62,896 nt of DNA, filler included, from 8 parts of 8 records of this genome joined end to end with filler, not necessarily neighbours in it; one strand, 5' to 3'. Shown: positions 1 through 10,800, counted from the whole stretch's first letter. Made by a program: numbers and translations. Notes: a model not told the origin generated them from the sequence alone.

Positions 1-129
1 AAGTCGGGTCTGGGTGAAACGCCAGTTAAAGGAAATATATAGGACAGCTCTGACCTGAATTATATTGTAACTTTTATATTTCATCTCCGTTATATCCCAT
101 TACAATATTATTACTAAACAAAACCTTCT

Positions 130-345
130 ATGAAACAACAAAACGACACCTTTAGAACACTTGAAAAAGCTGGTATACCTTCCTGGTTATTTATGCTTAT
201 GTCATTTATAATACCCATTTACGGATTTCTAACATACTTTGTGTTAAAAGATTCATACACAAGTAAAGCCAAAGTAGGTTTGTTTTTTGCCACTTTAGGA
301 ACTGCTTTGTGGTTTATGTTGAAATTATTTGTCTGGACGAGATAA
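130..345 (+). CDS. small hypothetical membrane protein (2 predicted TM segments)
   Basis: 71-aa ORF with two hydrophobic stretches; co-oriented with next ORF. Confidence 0.55.
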   Translation: MKQQNDTFRTLEKAGIPSWLFMLMSFIIPIYGFLTYFVLKDSYTSKAKVGLFFATLGTALWFMLKLFVWTR

Positions 346-411
346 ACTATTACACTGACTCTATCTAAAAAACAGAACAACAATATTTTTAAAACCTCTA
401 ATCTATTTATT

Positions 412-939
412 ATGAATAAAGCCAAACATTGTGAACTATGTGAAAATCAACAATATGATTTTACTGCAGGTACAAAATGTTCTTTAACTGATGCGAGGCC
501 AAGTTTTAAAGACAAATGCGGTCAAATTACTTTCGATACTAAATATCAGAAGAAGATTAAGGAAAATAACATTGCCTATGAAAAGGTTTTAAAAAATAAA
601 CACAAAGCCTTGGGGCAGTTTATTGTTTATATGAGCATTACCATTGTATTATTTTCAGTGGCTTTTTATCTGGGTTTTCTGGAATTATCAAATGGCATTA
701 TAGATAAAATACCATTTGTGATAGCTGGCGTAGGTCTTGTTACGCTTCCACGTGCTATAACTCCTTTGGTTTCGTTTAAACAGAACTTTAAAGTAGCTAA
801 GAAAAACAAGATGGAAATGGATACCATATTACTGCAATATAATGTTAGATACGAAATCGAAGTGCTTTTTAATACTGACAGACATGGACATACCGACATT
901 TCCACTAACCTAAACTTTTTACGAAAACATTATAGATAA
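412..939 (+). CDS. hypothetical membrane protein with N-terminal Cys cluster
   Basis: 175 aa; CxxC..C..C motif (HCELCEN..KCSLT..KC) followed by two TM segments. Confidence 0.7.
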   Translation: MNKAKHCELCENQQYDFTAGTKCSLTDARPSFKDKCGQITFDTKYQKKIKENNIAYEKVLKNKHKALGQFIVYMSITIVLFSVAFYLGFLELSNGIIDKIPFVIAGVGLVTLPRAITPLVSFKQNFKVAKKNKMEMDTILLQYNVRYEIEVLFNTDRHGHTDISTNLNFLRKHYR

Positions 940-967
940 AATAAAAGTTGAAGCTTAAAAAAGGCAT

Positions 968-1001
968 AAAAAAAGGGAGCAAAAAACAAATTTGCTCCCT
1001 T
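968..1001 (-). terminator. intrinsic terminator between convergent genes
   Basis: AAGGGAGCAAA (973-983) / TTTGCTCCCTT (991-1001) stem, with A-run giving a U-tail on the minus strand. Confidence 0.8.
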
Positions 1002-1022
1002 ATATATTTGATCTAATACTTA

Positions 1023-2336
1023 TTAAACTAAAACTGGTTCTTTTACAAATAACTTAGCCAGCACTCCTTCTACTTCTTGTAAAGAAGGGTTAATATCAAA
1101 AACGTGATCAGGCTTTAAATATAGAATCTCTTTTTCACCTTTAAAGTGTTCTTCTCCACCTCCGGTAATATTCAGCATGATACAGTCATCTTTACCAACA
1201 ATTCCTTCTTGAACTGCGTTTATTAATGTTGCTGTTGCTACAGCTGCTGCCGGATGAATATCATTTCCTTCCAATTCTAAAAACAAACGACCTGCTTCTT
1301 TAGCTTCTTCATTGGTAGCTAAAAGCACATCTCCGCCAGCTTGTTTCATTGCATCGAACAAACCTCCTGGGATTGAATAAGGAGGTTTACGATTAGATAA
1401 CACTTTAGCATCTATTTCTTCTACTTGCTTTCGAGCCACATCATCATCTAATGGTAACATCTCACGAGAATCAGCTTTCCATGCATCATGAATTGGCGTA
1501 AATGGTGTATTTTGAGAGACCATTAGTTTCATAAAGTTATCTCCAAAACGACCATCCTCAATCAAACGTAAGTTAGCTTCCCAAGCTGCAATGGCACCTG
1601 TTCCACTTCCTACTGCCTGAAAGTAATAATCCGGAATCTGTCCAATTGTCGTAACTGCAGATAAAGTTGTCGTTCCCATTCCATCTCTTCGAGCTACATT
1701 TTTTGCGCCACCTTCAGCCAGAAATCCATCTAATTCACAGGCCAGGTTAGATAAATGAATCGCATCAAAATAATCTGATCCCGATTTGGTAACCACTAAT
1801 TTTACATTGTCTTTAATCGGCTCATCAAACCATAAAGCACTAATATTATCCTCTGGCACACATAATAACAAAGGAATGTCATTATCGGAACAAACTCTGG
1901 CAAAAGCACGAGCCGTGTTTCCGGCTGAAGCGACAACCAAAACTGTACCATCAGCAGTACTTAGTCTACCTCCTACGGCATAAGCTTCAGTTTCTTTAAA
2001 TGAACAAGTTCTGAAATTAGCACCTTTCTCAGGCCAATAACCACTAAAAGTGATGTGTAAATTTGAAAGTCCTAAATGCTTTGCCAAACCTTCACTTTTA
2101 TAGGTAACCGGAGCAGAAGATCCTTCCATCATTTTGTGAACCGGTAGCCAATCGGCAAACCTGAATACACCAAATGAGGCATCTTTAACATCAATTTGTT
2201 TTTTATCGTATACTGCTCTGATTAACGAAGGCTCCTTGTCACAAGCATTATCAAGGGTCCAACCTTGTTCTTTCACACTCTTTCCTGTCCTTACTGACTC
2301 CAGTTGATATGGAGTGGGTTCTATTTTCTTCGCCAT
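1023..2336 (-). CDS. cysteate synthase (threonine-synthase-like PLP enzyme, methanogen-type)
   Basis: SGYWPEKGA..TCSFKETEA (PLP Lys), ASAGNTARAF, EGGAKNVARRDGMG, YFQAVGSGTG, LSNRKPPY, LNITGGG motifs. Confidence 0.85.
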   Translation of the reverse strand: MAKKIEPTPYQLESVRTGKSVKEQGWTLDNACDKEPSLIRAVYDKKQIDVKDASFGVFRFADWLPVHKMMEGSSAPVTYKSEGLAKHLGLSNLHITFSGYWPEKGANFRTCSFKETEAYAVGGRLSTADGTVLVVASAGNTARAFARVCSDNDIPLLLCVPEDNISALWFDEPIKDNVKLVVTKSGSDYFDAIHLSNLACELDGFLAEGGAKNVARRDGMGTTTLSAVTTIGQIPDYYFQAVGSGTGAIAAWEANLRLIEDGRFGDNFMKLMVSQNTPFTPIHDAWKADSREMLPLDDDVARKQVEEIDAKVLSNRKPPYSIPGGLFDAMKQAGGDVLLATNEEAKEAGRLFLELEGNDIHPAAAVATATLINAVQEGIVGKDDCIMLNITGGGEEHFKGEKEILYLKPDHVFDINPSLQEVEGVLAKLFVKEPVLV

Positions 2337-2505
2337 AAAGAATTGTTATTTGAGCAGCAAATGTAAAATTTTCCCTTTATTAATTGTATGAGTTTTATTA
2401 GAAATATGTAGATTATTATATAATTTATAATTGTTTTAAGATTTAAAAACATTTAATACAGACTACTTTGACTACATTCTTAATAAAAAGAATTCACTTA
2501 AAACG

Positions 2506-2528
2506 AAAAAAGCCGGAATAAATCCGGC
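2506..2528 (-). terminator. intrinsic terminator after acyl-CoA dehydrogenase
   Basis: GCCGGA/TCCGGC stem with adjacent A-run (U-tail on minus strand). Confidence 0.65.
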
Positions 2529-2553
2529 CTAGTGCTATTCTCATTTATTATAC

Positions 2554-4260
2554 TTAAACATGCTTGTAAGCTCCTAAATCATCTAAATTAAAACCATGAA
2601 TAAATTCTGCTCTAGCATGATTTTCAGCCTTACCCATTTTAATATAAATCTCAGTCGATGCTTTAAACTTATCGTCTCGTTGAGTATCCAGTAATAACAA
2701 ATACCCCATTACAATATGCCCTGCCATTTCTACTAATCGGCGTGCATGAAAGTCAAGATATTCATTATCCTTCACATCTGTCACTGTTTTAACAGCATGT
2801 ACATATTCCTCTGTCATACCAATTAAAGTACGTCTAAATCCATGCAATTCCGGACGTAACTCCATTGCTTCATATTCTCTGATGCGATCAAGATAACCTC
2901 CAGTTGTTACACCTCTTATGGCAGCCACTACCTGTAACTGAGTCGTTCCTTCATAAATTGAAGTAATACGAGCATCACGATAAATACGCTCAATCGGATA
3001 ATCCTTCATAAATCCGGAACCTCCATGAATTTGCAATGAATCGTAAGCCAACTGGTTACTATACTCACTACTCATTCCTTTTAAAAGAGGCGTAAAAAAA
3101 TCTGCCATTTTCTGATAACGCTTCATTTCTTTACGTTCCTCTGGCTCCAGCTTTCTTTCTTCACTTATATGCATGTATGTTTTATAGATATCTACAAAAC
3201 GAGCTGTTTCATAAAGCAAAGTTCTGGAAGCATCCAGTTTAGCTTTCATGGTAGAGAGCATCTCATAAACAGCCGGGAATTCAATAATGGATTTACCAAA
3301 TTGTTTACGCTCCTTAGCATATTCTAATCCTTCGCGATAGGCAGATTCTGAAACGCCAATAGACTGCGCTCCAATACCCAATCTGGCACCATTCATTAAT
3401 GCCATAACATATTTTATCAGTCCCATTTTACGAGACCCTACCAATTCTGCCGGTGCATTTTTAAATACAAGCTCACAAGTTGGTGAGCCTTTAATCCCCA
3501 TCTTATTCTCAATACGACGAATGGTAACCGCTTTACTATTTCTATCGTAAATATACATGGATAAACCACGACCATCCTGAGTGCCTTCTTCTGAACGTGC
3601 CAACACAAGAGAGATATGACCATCGCCATTCGTAATGAAACGCTTTACTCCATTCAAATACCATTTACCGTCAGATTCGTTATATGATGCTTTCAGTTGA
3701 ACAGCCTGCAAATCGGAACCTGCATCCGGCTCAGTTAGATCCATTGCTGCCGTTTCTCCATTGGAAATTCTGGGTAAGAATCTTGTTTTCTGATCCTCAT
3801 CAGCAAATTCATTGATGGTTTCGGCACAGTCCTGCAAGCCCCAAATATTGACAAAACCAGCATCTGCACGCGAAACAATATCTGCAGCCATAATGTACGG
3901 TACAATCGGAAAGTTTAGTCCTTCATACTTACGTGGAAGTGTTATTCCCATTAAACCTGCTTCAACTAAAGCATCCAGGTTTTCTTGTGTACCTTTGGCA
4001 TAAATTACTTCGTTATTTACAATTTTAGGACCTTCCTGATCCACACTTTCAGCATTCGGAGCTACAATATCTCCACAAATCTCCCCTACAATTTCCAATA
4101 CTTTATCATAGCTGTCCATGGCATCTTCAAAATCCATTGGAGCATAATCAAATTTGTCCTTATCGGCAAAATTACGCTCCTTTAATGCCACAATCTTTTC
4201 CATCAGCGGATGTTCCAGATGGAATTTTAAATCGGGGTTATCTATATAAAAATTAGCCAT
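2554..4260 (-). CDS. acyl-CoA dehydrogenase (Etf-associated)
   Basis: MDLTEPDAGSDL, LNGVKRFITNG, ENKMGIKGSPT, QIHGGSGF, IYEGTTQLQ motifs. Confidence 0.93.
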   Translation of the reverse strand: MANFYIDNPDLKFHLEHPLMEKIVALKERNFADKDKFDYAPMDFEDAMDSYDKVLEIVGEICGDIVAPNAESVDQEGPKIVNNEVIYAKGTQENLDALVEAGLMGITLPRKYEGLNFPIVPYIMAADIVSRADAGFVNIWGLQDCAETINEFADEDQKTRFLPRISNGETAAMDLTEPDAGSDLQAVQLKASYNESDGKWYLNGVKRFITNGDGHISLVLARSEEGTQDGRGLSMYIYDRNSKAVTIRRIENKMGIKGSPTCELVFKNAPAELVGSRKMGLIKYVMALMNGARLGIGAQSIGVSESAYREGLEYAKERKQFGKSIIEFPAVYEMLSTMKAKLDASRTLLYETARFVDIYKTYMHISEERKLEPEERKEMKRYQKMADFFTPLLKGMSSEYSNQLAYDSLQIHGGSGFMKDYPIERIYRDARITSIYEGTTQLQVVAAIRGVTTGGYLDRIREYEAMELRPELHGFRRTLIGMTEEYVHAVKTVTDVKDNEYLDFHARRLVEMAGHIVMGYLLLLDTQRDDKFKASTEIYIKMGKAENHARAEFIHGFNLDDLGAYKHV

Positions 4261-4356
4261 TATTATCGTTTTTAAATAATAGATTAATAAACTTCTGAAA
4301 CCAGATCAAGTGGAATAAATCCGAACTCTTACAATCTGCTATTTTTAGTATTAAAT

Positions 4357-5376
4357 CTATTTTGTGTTCTTTTTATAAAGTTTTATCAGTTTGGGTACGA
4401 TGTCATTTACATCGCCATTAATTGCATAATCAGCAAACTTATTAATAGGAGCATTTGAATCGTTATTAATGGCAATCACCATCGACGACTCTTCCATACC
4501 TGCAGTATGCTGAATTTGACCGGAGATTCCACATGCTATGTATAATTTTGGACGTACCGTTACTCCCGTTTGTCCAATCTGACGTTCATGTTCTGCATAA
4601 CCGGCATCCACAGCAGCACGAGAAGCACCCACTTCAGCGCCCAATACTTCAGCCAACTGGTATAACTGATCAAAACCTTCTTTAGAACCCATACCATAAC
4701 CACCTGCTACGATAATGGAAGAATTTTTAATGTTTACTTTGGATTTTTCCATATGACGTTCAATCACTTTCACTACCAGATCCTCTGGCTTTAGGATTTT
4801 TTCAACGTCAATTGGCTTAACTTTACCTTTAAAACCGGCCTCATAAATGGCTTGTTTCATTACACCCTCTCTAACCGTTGCCATCTGAGGACGACAATCC
4901 GGGTTTATAATGGTAGCTACAATATTTCCACCAAAAGCAGGACGAATCTGGTACAATAAATTCTTATAATCTTTACCTGCTTTTTTATCCGAGTGATCTC
5001 CAATTTCGAGTGCAGTACAATCGGCAGTTAATCCACTTTGTAGAGCTGAGGAAACCCGCGGTCCTAAATCCCGACCCAATGTAGAAGCTCCCAGCAAACA
5101 AATCTCTGGTTTTTCCTGCTTAAATAATTCAACAATAATGGAAGTATATGGAAGTGTAGTATATACTTTTAATCTTTTATCATCTCCAATATGTAATGTA
5201 TCAACACCATATGAAAATACCTGGTCTTCTATCCCTTTTAATTGATGCCCCAATGCAACCGCTTCGAGCTTGCATTTTAAATCATTAGCCAGCGACCGCC
5301 CCTTTGTAAGTAATTCCAAACTTACATCGGCCACTTTGCCTTCTTCTATTTCGAGAATTACAAAAACGTTATTCAT
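4357..5376 (-). CDS. etfA: electron transfer flavoprotein alpha subunit
   Basis: GLTADCT, RPAFGGN, GASRAAVDAG, QIGQTG, GISGQIQH motifs; start taken at second Met (MNNVF). Confidence 0.93.
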   Translation of the reverse strand: MNNVFVILEIEEGKVADVSLELLTKGRSLANDLKCKLEAVALGHQLKGIEDQVFSYGVDTLHIGDDKRLKVYTTLPYTSIIVELFKQEKPEICLLGASTLGRDLGPRVSSALQSGLTADCTALEIGDHSDKKAGKDYKNLLYQIRPAFGGNIVATIINPDCRPQMATVREGVMKQAIYEAGFKGKVKPIDVEKILKPEDLVVKVIERHMEKSKVNIKNSSIIVAGGYGMGSKEGFDQLYQLAEVLGAEVGASRAAVDAGYAEHERQIGQTGVTVRPKLYIACGISGQIQHTAGMEESSMVIAINNDSNAPINKFADYAINGDVNDIVPKLIKLYKKNTK

Positions 5377-5454
5377 TTTTTTCAGATTTGAATCCATAAA
5401 ACATAATACGTTTGTTCGATCTGTTTTATGAATAATTGATTTTACAAATACTTA

Positions 5455-6327
5455 TTAACCAATAGTATGATTTTCTATCAGTTCAACGATAAGTTCTTCC
5501 AACTCTTCATCATTATTTGAAATACGTTTTGATTCCTTTGCCTGGAAAACCACGTTCTCAATTTTTTTAACTTTGGTTGGCGAACCTGAAAGACCCAGCC
5601 AATTTAAATCCGTTTCAATGTCATTTACACTCCATTCTTCGATTTTTAAATAAGGCCTGTCATTTGTAAAATCTATATAATCTTCACTCTGATCCTGAGT
5701 TTCTGTAATGGTTTTAGCATGTTTGTACTTCATCACCCTTTTTGCATTTCTTGGGCGACAATTGGGTGCAGAAGCATTAACCGTAATAACGCATGGAAGT
5801 GGTGCTTCAACTGTTTCAACTCCTCTTTCTAATCTTCTTATTACAGATATTTTTCCTCCTTCTGCCGAATTTACATGTTCCGCATAGGTAATTTGAGGTA
5901 AATTCAATTTTTCAGCTACCTGAGGTCCAACCTGAGCCGTATCTCCATCAATAGCCTGACGACCTGCTACTATTATATCAAACTCTTTGATTTTTTTAAT
6001 CGCACAAGAAATGGCATACGAAGTAGCTAAAGTATCCGAACCGGCAAAAGCTCTGTCAGTAAGCAAGTAACCTTTATCGGCTCCCCGGTACAAACCTTCT
6101 CTAATTACATCGGCAGCACGACCTGGCCCCATGGTTAAAATGGTTACCTCCGATCCTTTATAGCGGTCTTTTAACCGCAAAGCCTGCTCCAAGGCATTTA
6201 AGTCTTCCGGATTGAAAATAGCCGGTAAAGCGGCACGGTTTACTGTTCCATCTGCCTTCATGGCATCCTTTCCCACATTACGTGTGTCAGGAACCTGTTT
6301 GGCAAGGACAATGATTTTTAATCCCAT
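5455..6327 (-). CDS. etfB: electron transfer flavoprotein beta subunit
   Basis: KQVPDT, NPEDLNALE, DRAFAGSDTLATS, GRQAIDGDTAQVG motifs. Confidence 0.93.
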   Translation of the reverse strand: MGLKIIVLAKQVPDTRNVGKDAMKADGTVNRAALPAIFNPEDLNALEQALRLKDRYKGSEVTILTMGPGRAADVIREGLYRGADKGYLLTDRAFAGSDTLATSYAISCAIKKIKEFDIIVAGRQAIDGDTAQVGPQVAEKLNLPQITYAEHVNSAEGGKISVIRRLERGVETVEAPLPCVITVNASAPNCRPRNAKRVMKYKHAKTITETQDQSEDYIDFTNDRPYLKIEEWSVNDIETDLNWLGLSGSPTKVKKIENVVFQAKESKRISNNDEELEELIVELIENHTIG

Positions 6328-6664
6328 ATTTAAACTGATTTTTAAGGGTGAGAAATTTTTCTTAGATGGCTAACAAATTTAAAAAAACAACTGAATTACG
6401 CAACATAATTTCGAAACAGCAAACAGCACATAACTACCTACTATATTGGCTGCTATTATAACATTAGTCTATCTTCCATCCCTTACCAATTCAGAATTAT
6501 AGAAAACTTTATGTATGATATCGAACTTGTAATTTGATTCAAAACATTAAATTAACCAAGCTCTATTTAGAAACATTCTACTTACAGCTTGCACCTTTTA
6601 AACAATTGATTGTTATTAGTGGTTATTTATTAAGAGATTATTATAAACATTAAACACAGACATT

Positions 6665-7105
6665 ATGAAATTATTAATGCTATGTTTAATTGTATTTACA
6701 TTTAATGCAATGAATGCACAGACTGAAAAATACAATGAACTAACTCCTGAAGAAAAAAGAGTTATTTTAAATAAAGGTACAGAAAGACCATTTACCGGAG
6801 AATATACCGAGAATAAAGCAAAGGGCACTTATTTGTGTAAACAATGTAATGCTCCACTTTACCTGTCGAAAGATAAGTTTGAATCGCATTGCGGATGGCC
6901 AAGCTTTGACGATGAAATTAAAGGAGCTGTACTAAGAATACCGGATGCAGATGGTTTAAGAACGGAAATTATATGTAACAATTGCAAAGGCCATTTAGGA
7001 CATATTTTTATTGGAGAGGGATTTACGCAAAAAAATGTACGTCATTGTGTTAATTCCATTTCACTTATTTTTGTTCCCGCCAGTGATTCTACCAAAGTCA
7101 AATAA
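6665..7105 (+). CDS. msrB: methionine-R-sulfoxide reductase with signal peptide
   Basis: [42 protein letters not shown] motifs. Confidence 0.93.
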   Translation: MKLLMLCLIVFTFNAMNAQTEKYNELTPEEKRVILNKGTERPFTGEYTENKAKGTYLCKQCNAPLYLSKDKFESHCGWPSFDDEIKGAVLRIPDADGLRTEIICNNCKGHLGHIFIGEGFTQKNVRHCVNSISLIFVPASDSTKVK

Positions 7106-7321
7106 CTACTTTTAAACATATAGATAGTTAGACAAAAGACATGAGATTTAGTAGCGTGATATTCAATATTAATATATTGTTTAAGCAAACTCTTTACTTA
7201 TAGTATTATCTCAATATGCGTCTATGTCAAAACTTTAATGAACTATTGTTTAAATCAATTATTATAAAAAATAATCTACTAGTATTCATTATCAACACAA
7301 AATTCCGATTATTTTTGCAGG

Positions 7322-8800
7322 ATGAATAAATTGAATTCTATTTGCTATTTATTGCTCGAATTCAAACACCTCAATAGTTCGAAATTGTTAACTACAATGA
7401 AGAAATCCTGTATGTTAAAAAAATATTGTATTTCAGCCTTAACAATAACGTTTATTTTTCTCTCTTTAAATTTGAATGCTCAGAATATAGATCGTCAAAT
7501 TGACCTTTATTTCTTTGATCATTCAAATGATATAGTGGAATTAAATGATAGTATTTTAAAAAGAACTGAGTATTGGACAAATCTTAAATTAGACCATAAG
7601 TTTTTTGTTGTTGATTCGGCTTCTTTTAATCGAAACCAGGTTTTAACATTAAATGCCAATTACCACAAATACATGGAACATACGATGTCTTTAAAGTTTT
7701 ATTCCTACAAAGACCTTCATGTTCGTTACAAACCAACTTTAGTAAAAAAACATCTACTTTATAGTTCCGACGGTTACTTGTATAGTATAAAATCAAAATC
7801 CGGGTATTCCAACAAAATAAGTTCTGCATATAACATCCGCAAAAAAAATGAGGAGTTTTTCATACAGCGTCCTTATTTAGTAAAGCATGTTTGGAAAACA
7901 ATTCCTGAACCACACCGACTAATTACTGATAGAAAGTACTTAACCAAACGTTCTGCTACGGAAGGACTGGCTAGTATACTCTCTGGTAAAATCGACTCAC
8001 CCGAAAAGCTGGATAAGCGTATAAAAAAGAAAGGTCCCTGGACTTATAGTGGTGTTGAAAATATTCAGTTATCTCAAACTTACCTTGAAAACTGGAGCAA
8101 AGGAGGTGAAAACTCAGTAACCTTGGGTAGTGACTTATTGTTGAAAGCAAATTATAAAAAGAACAAAACAGAGTGGGAAAACTTTGTACGACATAAAGTT
8201 GGTGTGGTAAGTACAGAAAGTTATGCAACACAAATTAATAACGATCAAATTTTAGCCAATAGTAAATATGGATTACGAGCTTCCAAAAAATGGTACTACA
8301 GTTTTGTATTTGATTTTAAATCCCAATTTTTTAATGGCTACAATAACAAAGAAAGGGAATCAATAATTTCAGGTTTTCTATCTCCTGCCTATTTCACGTT
8401 TGCACTGGGTATGGACTTTAAGAAAAGTAAAGACTTTACTTTACTTCTTTCTCCTCTTACCTCAAAGATTACTTATGTGATGGATACCGCAAAAGTGGAT
8501 CAAACCAGATACAAAGTGCCGGAAGAAAGAAAAGCAGCTTTTAACAACGGAGCATCATTAGTTAATAATATTAACTGGAAGATATCAACAGAGCTTAGTT
8601 TAAAATCGCAGCTTGATGCCTTCGTTGGTTACCTGAACAAAGATGCAATTACACAAATTGACTGGGAACTAATATTTGATATGCGTATTAACCGATTTCT
8701 CTCAACTCGTATCAATACTCAATTAAAATACTTTACCAACGAATCAGATAAAATTCAATTTAGAGAGTATTTTGCCATTAACTTTAATTATAAATTTTAA
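7322..8800 (+). CDS. DUF3078-like outer-membrane protein (start uncertain)
   Basis: SQ....NWSKGGEN, SKYG, F..QFF.GY, FLSPAY...GMD motifs; C-terminal aromatic residue (NYKF). Confidence 0.7.
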   Translation: MNKLNSICYLLLEFKHLNSSKLLTTMKKSCMLKKYCISALTITFIFLSLNLNAQNIDRQIDLYFFDHSNDIVELNDSILKRTEYWTNLKLDHKFFVVDSASFNRNQVLTLNANYHKYMEHTMSLKFYSYKDLHVRYKPTLVKKHLLYSSDGYLYSIKSKSGYSNKISSAYNIRKKNEEFFIQRPYLVKHVWKTIPEPHRLITDRKYLTKRSATEGLASILSGKIDSPEKLDKRIKKKGPWTYSGVENIQLSQTYLENWSKGGENSVTLGSDLLLKANYKKNKTEWENFVRHKVGVVSTESYATQINNDQILANSKYGLRASKKWYYSFVFDFKSQFFNGYNNKERESIISGFLSPAYFTFALGMDFKKSKDFTLLLSPLTSKITYVMDTAKVDQTRYKVPEERKAAFNNGASLVNNINWKISTELSLKSQLDAFVGYLNKDAITQIDWELIFDMRINRFLSTRINTQLKYFTNESDKIQFREYFAINFNYKF

Positions 8801-8981
8801 TCTCTAATGGCATTTCGGCACATTAATACTTTTTAACATTTTTTTAGTGTTAATTTTTTGTGAAGTTAAAATAGCAATGTATTTTTGTATTGAATTATTA
8901 AGATAACAACAGGATTTAAAATCCGAAAAGATATTTAAGAACTTAAATTTTCTCATAGTTTAGGGTTAGGTTTGGTTAAAG

Positions 8982-9081
8982 NNNNNNNNNNNNNNNNNNN
9001 NNNNNNNNNNNNNNNNNNNNNNNNNTTAATTAATTAANNNNNNNNNNNNNNNNNNNNNNNNNNNNNNNNNNNNNNNNNNNN
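8982..9081. other. artificial contig spacer
   Basis: 44 N + TTAATTAATTAA + 44 N. Confidence 0.98.
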
Positions 9082-9115
9082 CCGCCCCTACATGTTTGGA
9101 ATGACTATAATCGAT

Positions 9116-9148
9116 AACCACCGGCAGAGCCGGCGGTTTAACTTGTGA
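9116..9148 (-). repeat. hairpin resembling an IS200/IS605-family end (solo remnant)
   Basis: minus strand TCACAAGTTA-AACCGCCGGC-TCT-GCCGGTGGTT; no transposase on this contig. Confidence 0.4.
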
Positions 9149-9153
9149 ATTAG

Positions 9154-10800
9154 TTATTCCCATATTTCCGGGAAGCTTAGCAATTCAGGATCCACAATGG
9201 GGGCGGGACCGATTTCCGCCAGGGCAACCTCCTGGTAGGTTCTGAAAAACTCGTCGCAAAACTCGTCCCACCGTGCGGCTCTGGCCATCGTTTCCGCTGA
9301 AACGCCCAGAATAGGCGGATTTTTTACAAAATCCTCCAATTCGGCCGCAAAAGCCTCTACTTTGTCTTTTGGCGCACCGACCAGGACGGAAGCGGCGAAT
9401 TCTCTTGGGGGATGCCAATCGGCCACGCGCCCCAGGTCCCGTAGAACCTGGACCAGCAGGACATTACGCGGTCCTTCCCACAATTCGTTGACAGCCGCAT
9501 CCCGGTATAGCCTGGGCAGAGATGAGAAATCCTCAATTACACCGTGGCCGCCGAATATGGACATGGCTTTTCTGTTCACATCCACGCATTCGTAGGCCAG
9601 GCAAAGCTTCTGGATTATTATAAGTTCCCGCAGATTGAATCTCTGTTTCCTGATTTCCATTGATTCGCTCGAATCCAGGCCGGGTTGGAGGCGGCGACCA
9701 AGGCGAACGAACAGATCGTAAATCTTATAAGCGCCCGCGGTCGCCCGGCGCGATGCATCAACCAGATTCCGCACCTGGTGAGCCGCCAGGGGAAACTGGC
9801 ACATTTGTTGTCCAAATACATCACGGAATTCACTATACAACAATGCTTCCCGGGCGGATCTGGTCATACCGGCGGCCGCTGATATACCGACAGTGATGCG
9901 CGACAGGGTCAGGACAATGCCGACCACATTGGCCACACCGCGATCCGTGGGGCCGACGGCATAGGCTATTGCTCCGTCGTATTCCACTTCCGCGGTCGGG
10001 AGTTCCGAAGTACCCATTTTCCATTTTATCCGGTTGATCCGGCAGCCGTTCCTGATTTCCCTTTCCTTGTTTCCGGGCAGCCAGGCCGGAACGACAAAAG
10101 CTCCTACTTTTTCACTGCCCGAGACCTTGGCCGTGACCACGGCATAGTCGGCGTGCATGGCCGAGCAAAAGAATTTTGTTCCATAAAGCCTGTAGAAACC
10201 TTCATCGGGCACGGCTTCCAGAATATTTGACGGAATGTCCGAGCCTCCCTGTATTTCGCTCATGAACTGGGCGCCGATACCGAAATCGCCGTCAATGCCT
10301 TCCTTGCAATGCTCTAGAATTCTGTCAAGTTCCGGGCTTCCATGGTCCGGATACTGTTCTATCAGGGCAATAAGGCCTTCGGTGCAGGCAATGGGGCAGT
10401 TGACCCCGGCCTCGCCGATTTCATGAAGCAGGTATCTTTTAGTCAGACTTTCCCAAGGATTTGTCTTGTCGGAAAAAATAGCTTCATCAAACACTTCTTT
10501 TTCCAGTTCCAGGGTTTCGCCGGGACGAACGAGCCTGTCTACCCGACGGTTGCGGCCGTCATAATTCTCCAGGTAAGGCCTTTTGTCCGGCGTTGCAATC
10601 AGGTCGGCCAGCCTTTTCCAGCGATAGGATAGTTTTCGTGAAAAAGAAAGCATTTCGCCATTAACATACTGCCACTGGTCTTTTGAAAAATGGTGTAAGG
10701 TCTTTTTTAAAAATGGGTCGTGTTCATAAAAATCTAATTGATCCAGCTTATTGATGTATTCATCAAAAGAATAGGGGTTGTTGCGATCCGGATAGCTCAT
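9154..10800 (-). CDS. acyl-CoA dehydrogenase family protein (AidB-like)
   Basis: CPIACT, AQFMSEIQGGSD, LYGTKFFCSA, KWKMGTSELPTAEVE, FGGHGVIEDF, LWEGPRNV motifs. Confidence 0.88.
   Translation of the reverse strand: MSYPDRNNPYSFDEYINKLDQLDFYEHDPFLKKTLHHFSKDQWQYVNGEMLSFSRKLSYRWKRLADLIATPDKRPYLENYDGRNRRVDRLVRPGETLELEKEVFDEAIFSDKTNPWESLTKRYLLHEIGEAGVNCPIACTEGLIALIEQYPDHGSPELDRILEHCKEGIDGDFGIGAQFMSEIQGGSDIPSNILEAVPDEGFYRLYGTKFFCSAMHADYAVVTAKVSGSEKVGAFVVPAWLPGNKEREIRNGCRINRIKWKMGTSELPTAEVEYDGAIAYAVGPTDRGVANVVGIVLTLSRITVGISAAAGMTRSAREALLYSEFRDVFGQQMCQFPLAAHQVRNLVDASRRATAGAYKIYDLFVRLGRRLQPGLDSSESMEIRKQRFNLRELIIIQKLCLAYECVDVNRKAMSIFGGHGVIEDFSSLPRLYRDAAVNELWEGPRNVLLVQVLRDLGRVADWHPPREFAASVLVGAPKDKVEAFAAELEDFVKNPPILGVSAETMARAARWDEFCDEFFRTYQEVALAEIGPAPIVDPELLSFPEIWE

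Noticed and set aside
2554-6327. etfB-etfA-acyl-CoA dehydrogenase as a novel system
   Set aside because: Common, well-known arrangement in anaerobic Bacteroidota.
8960-8975. Telomere-like TTAGGGTTAGG
   Set aside because: Fewer than two full units in a bacterial intergenic region at a contig end.
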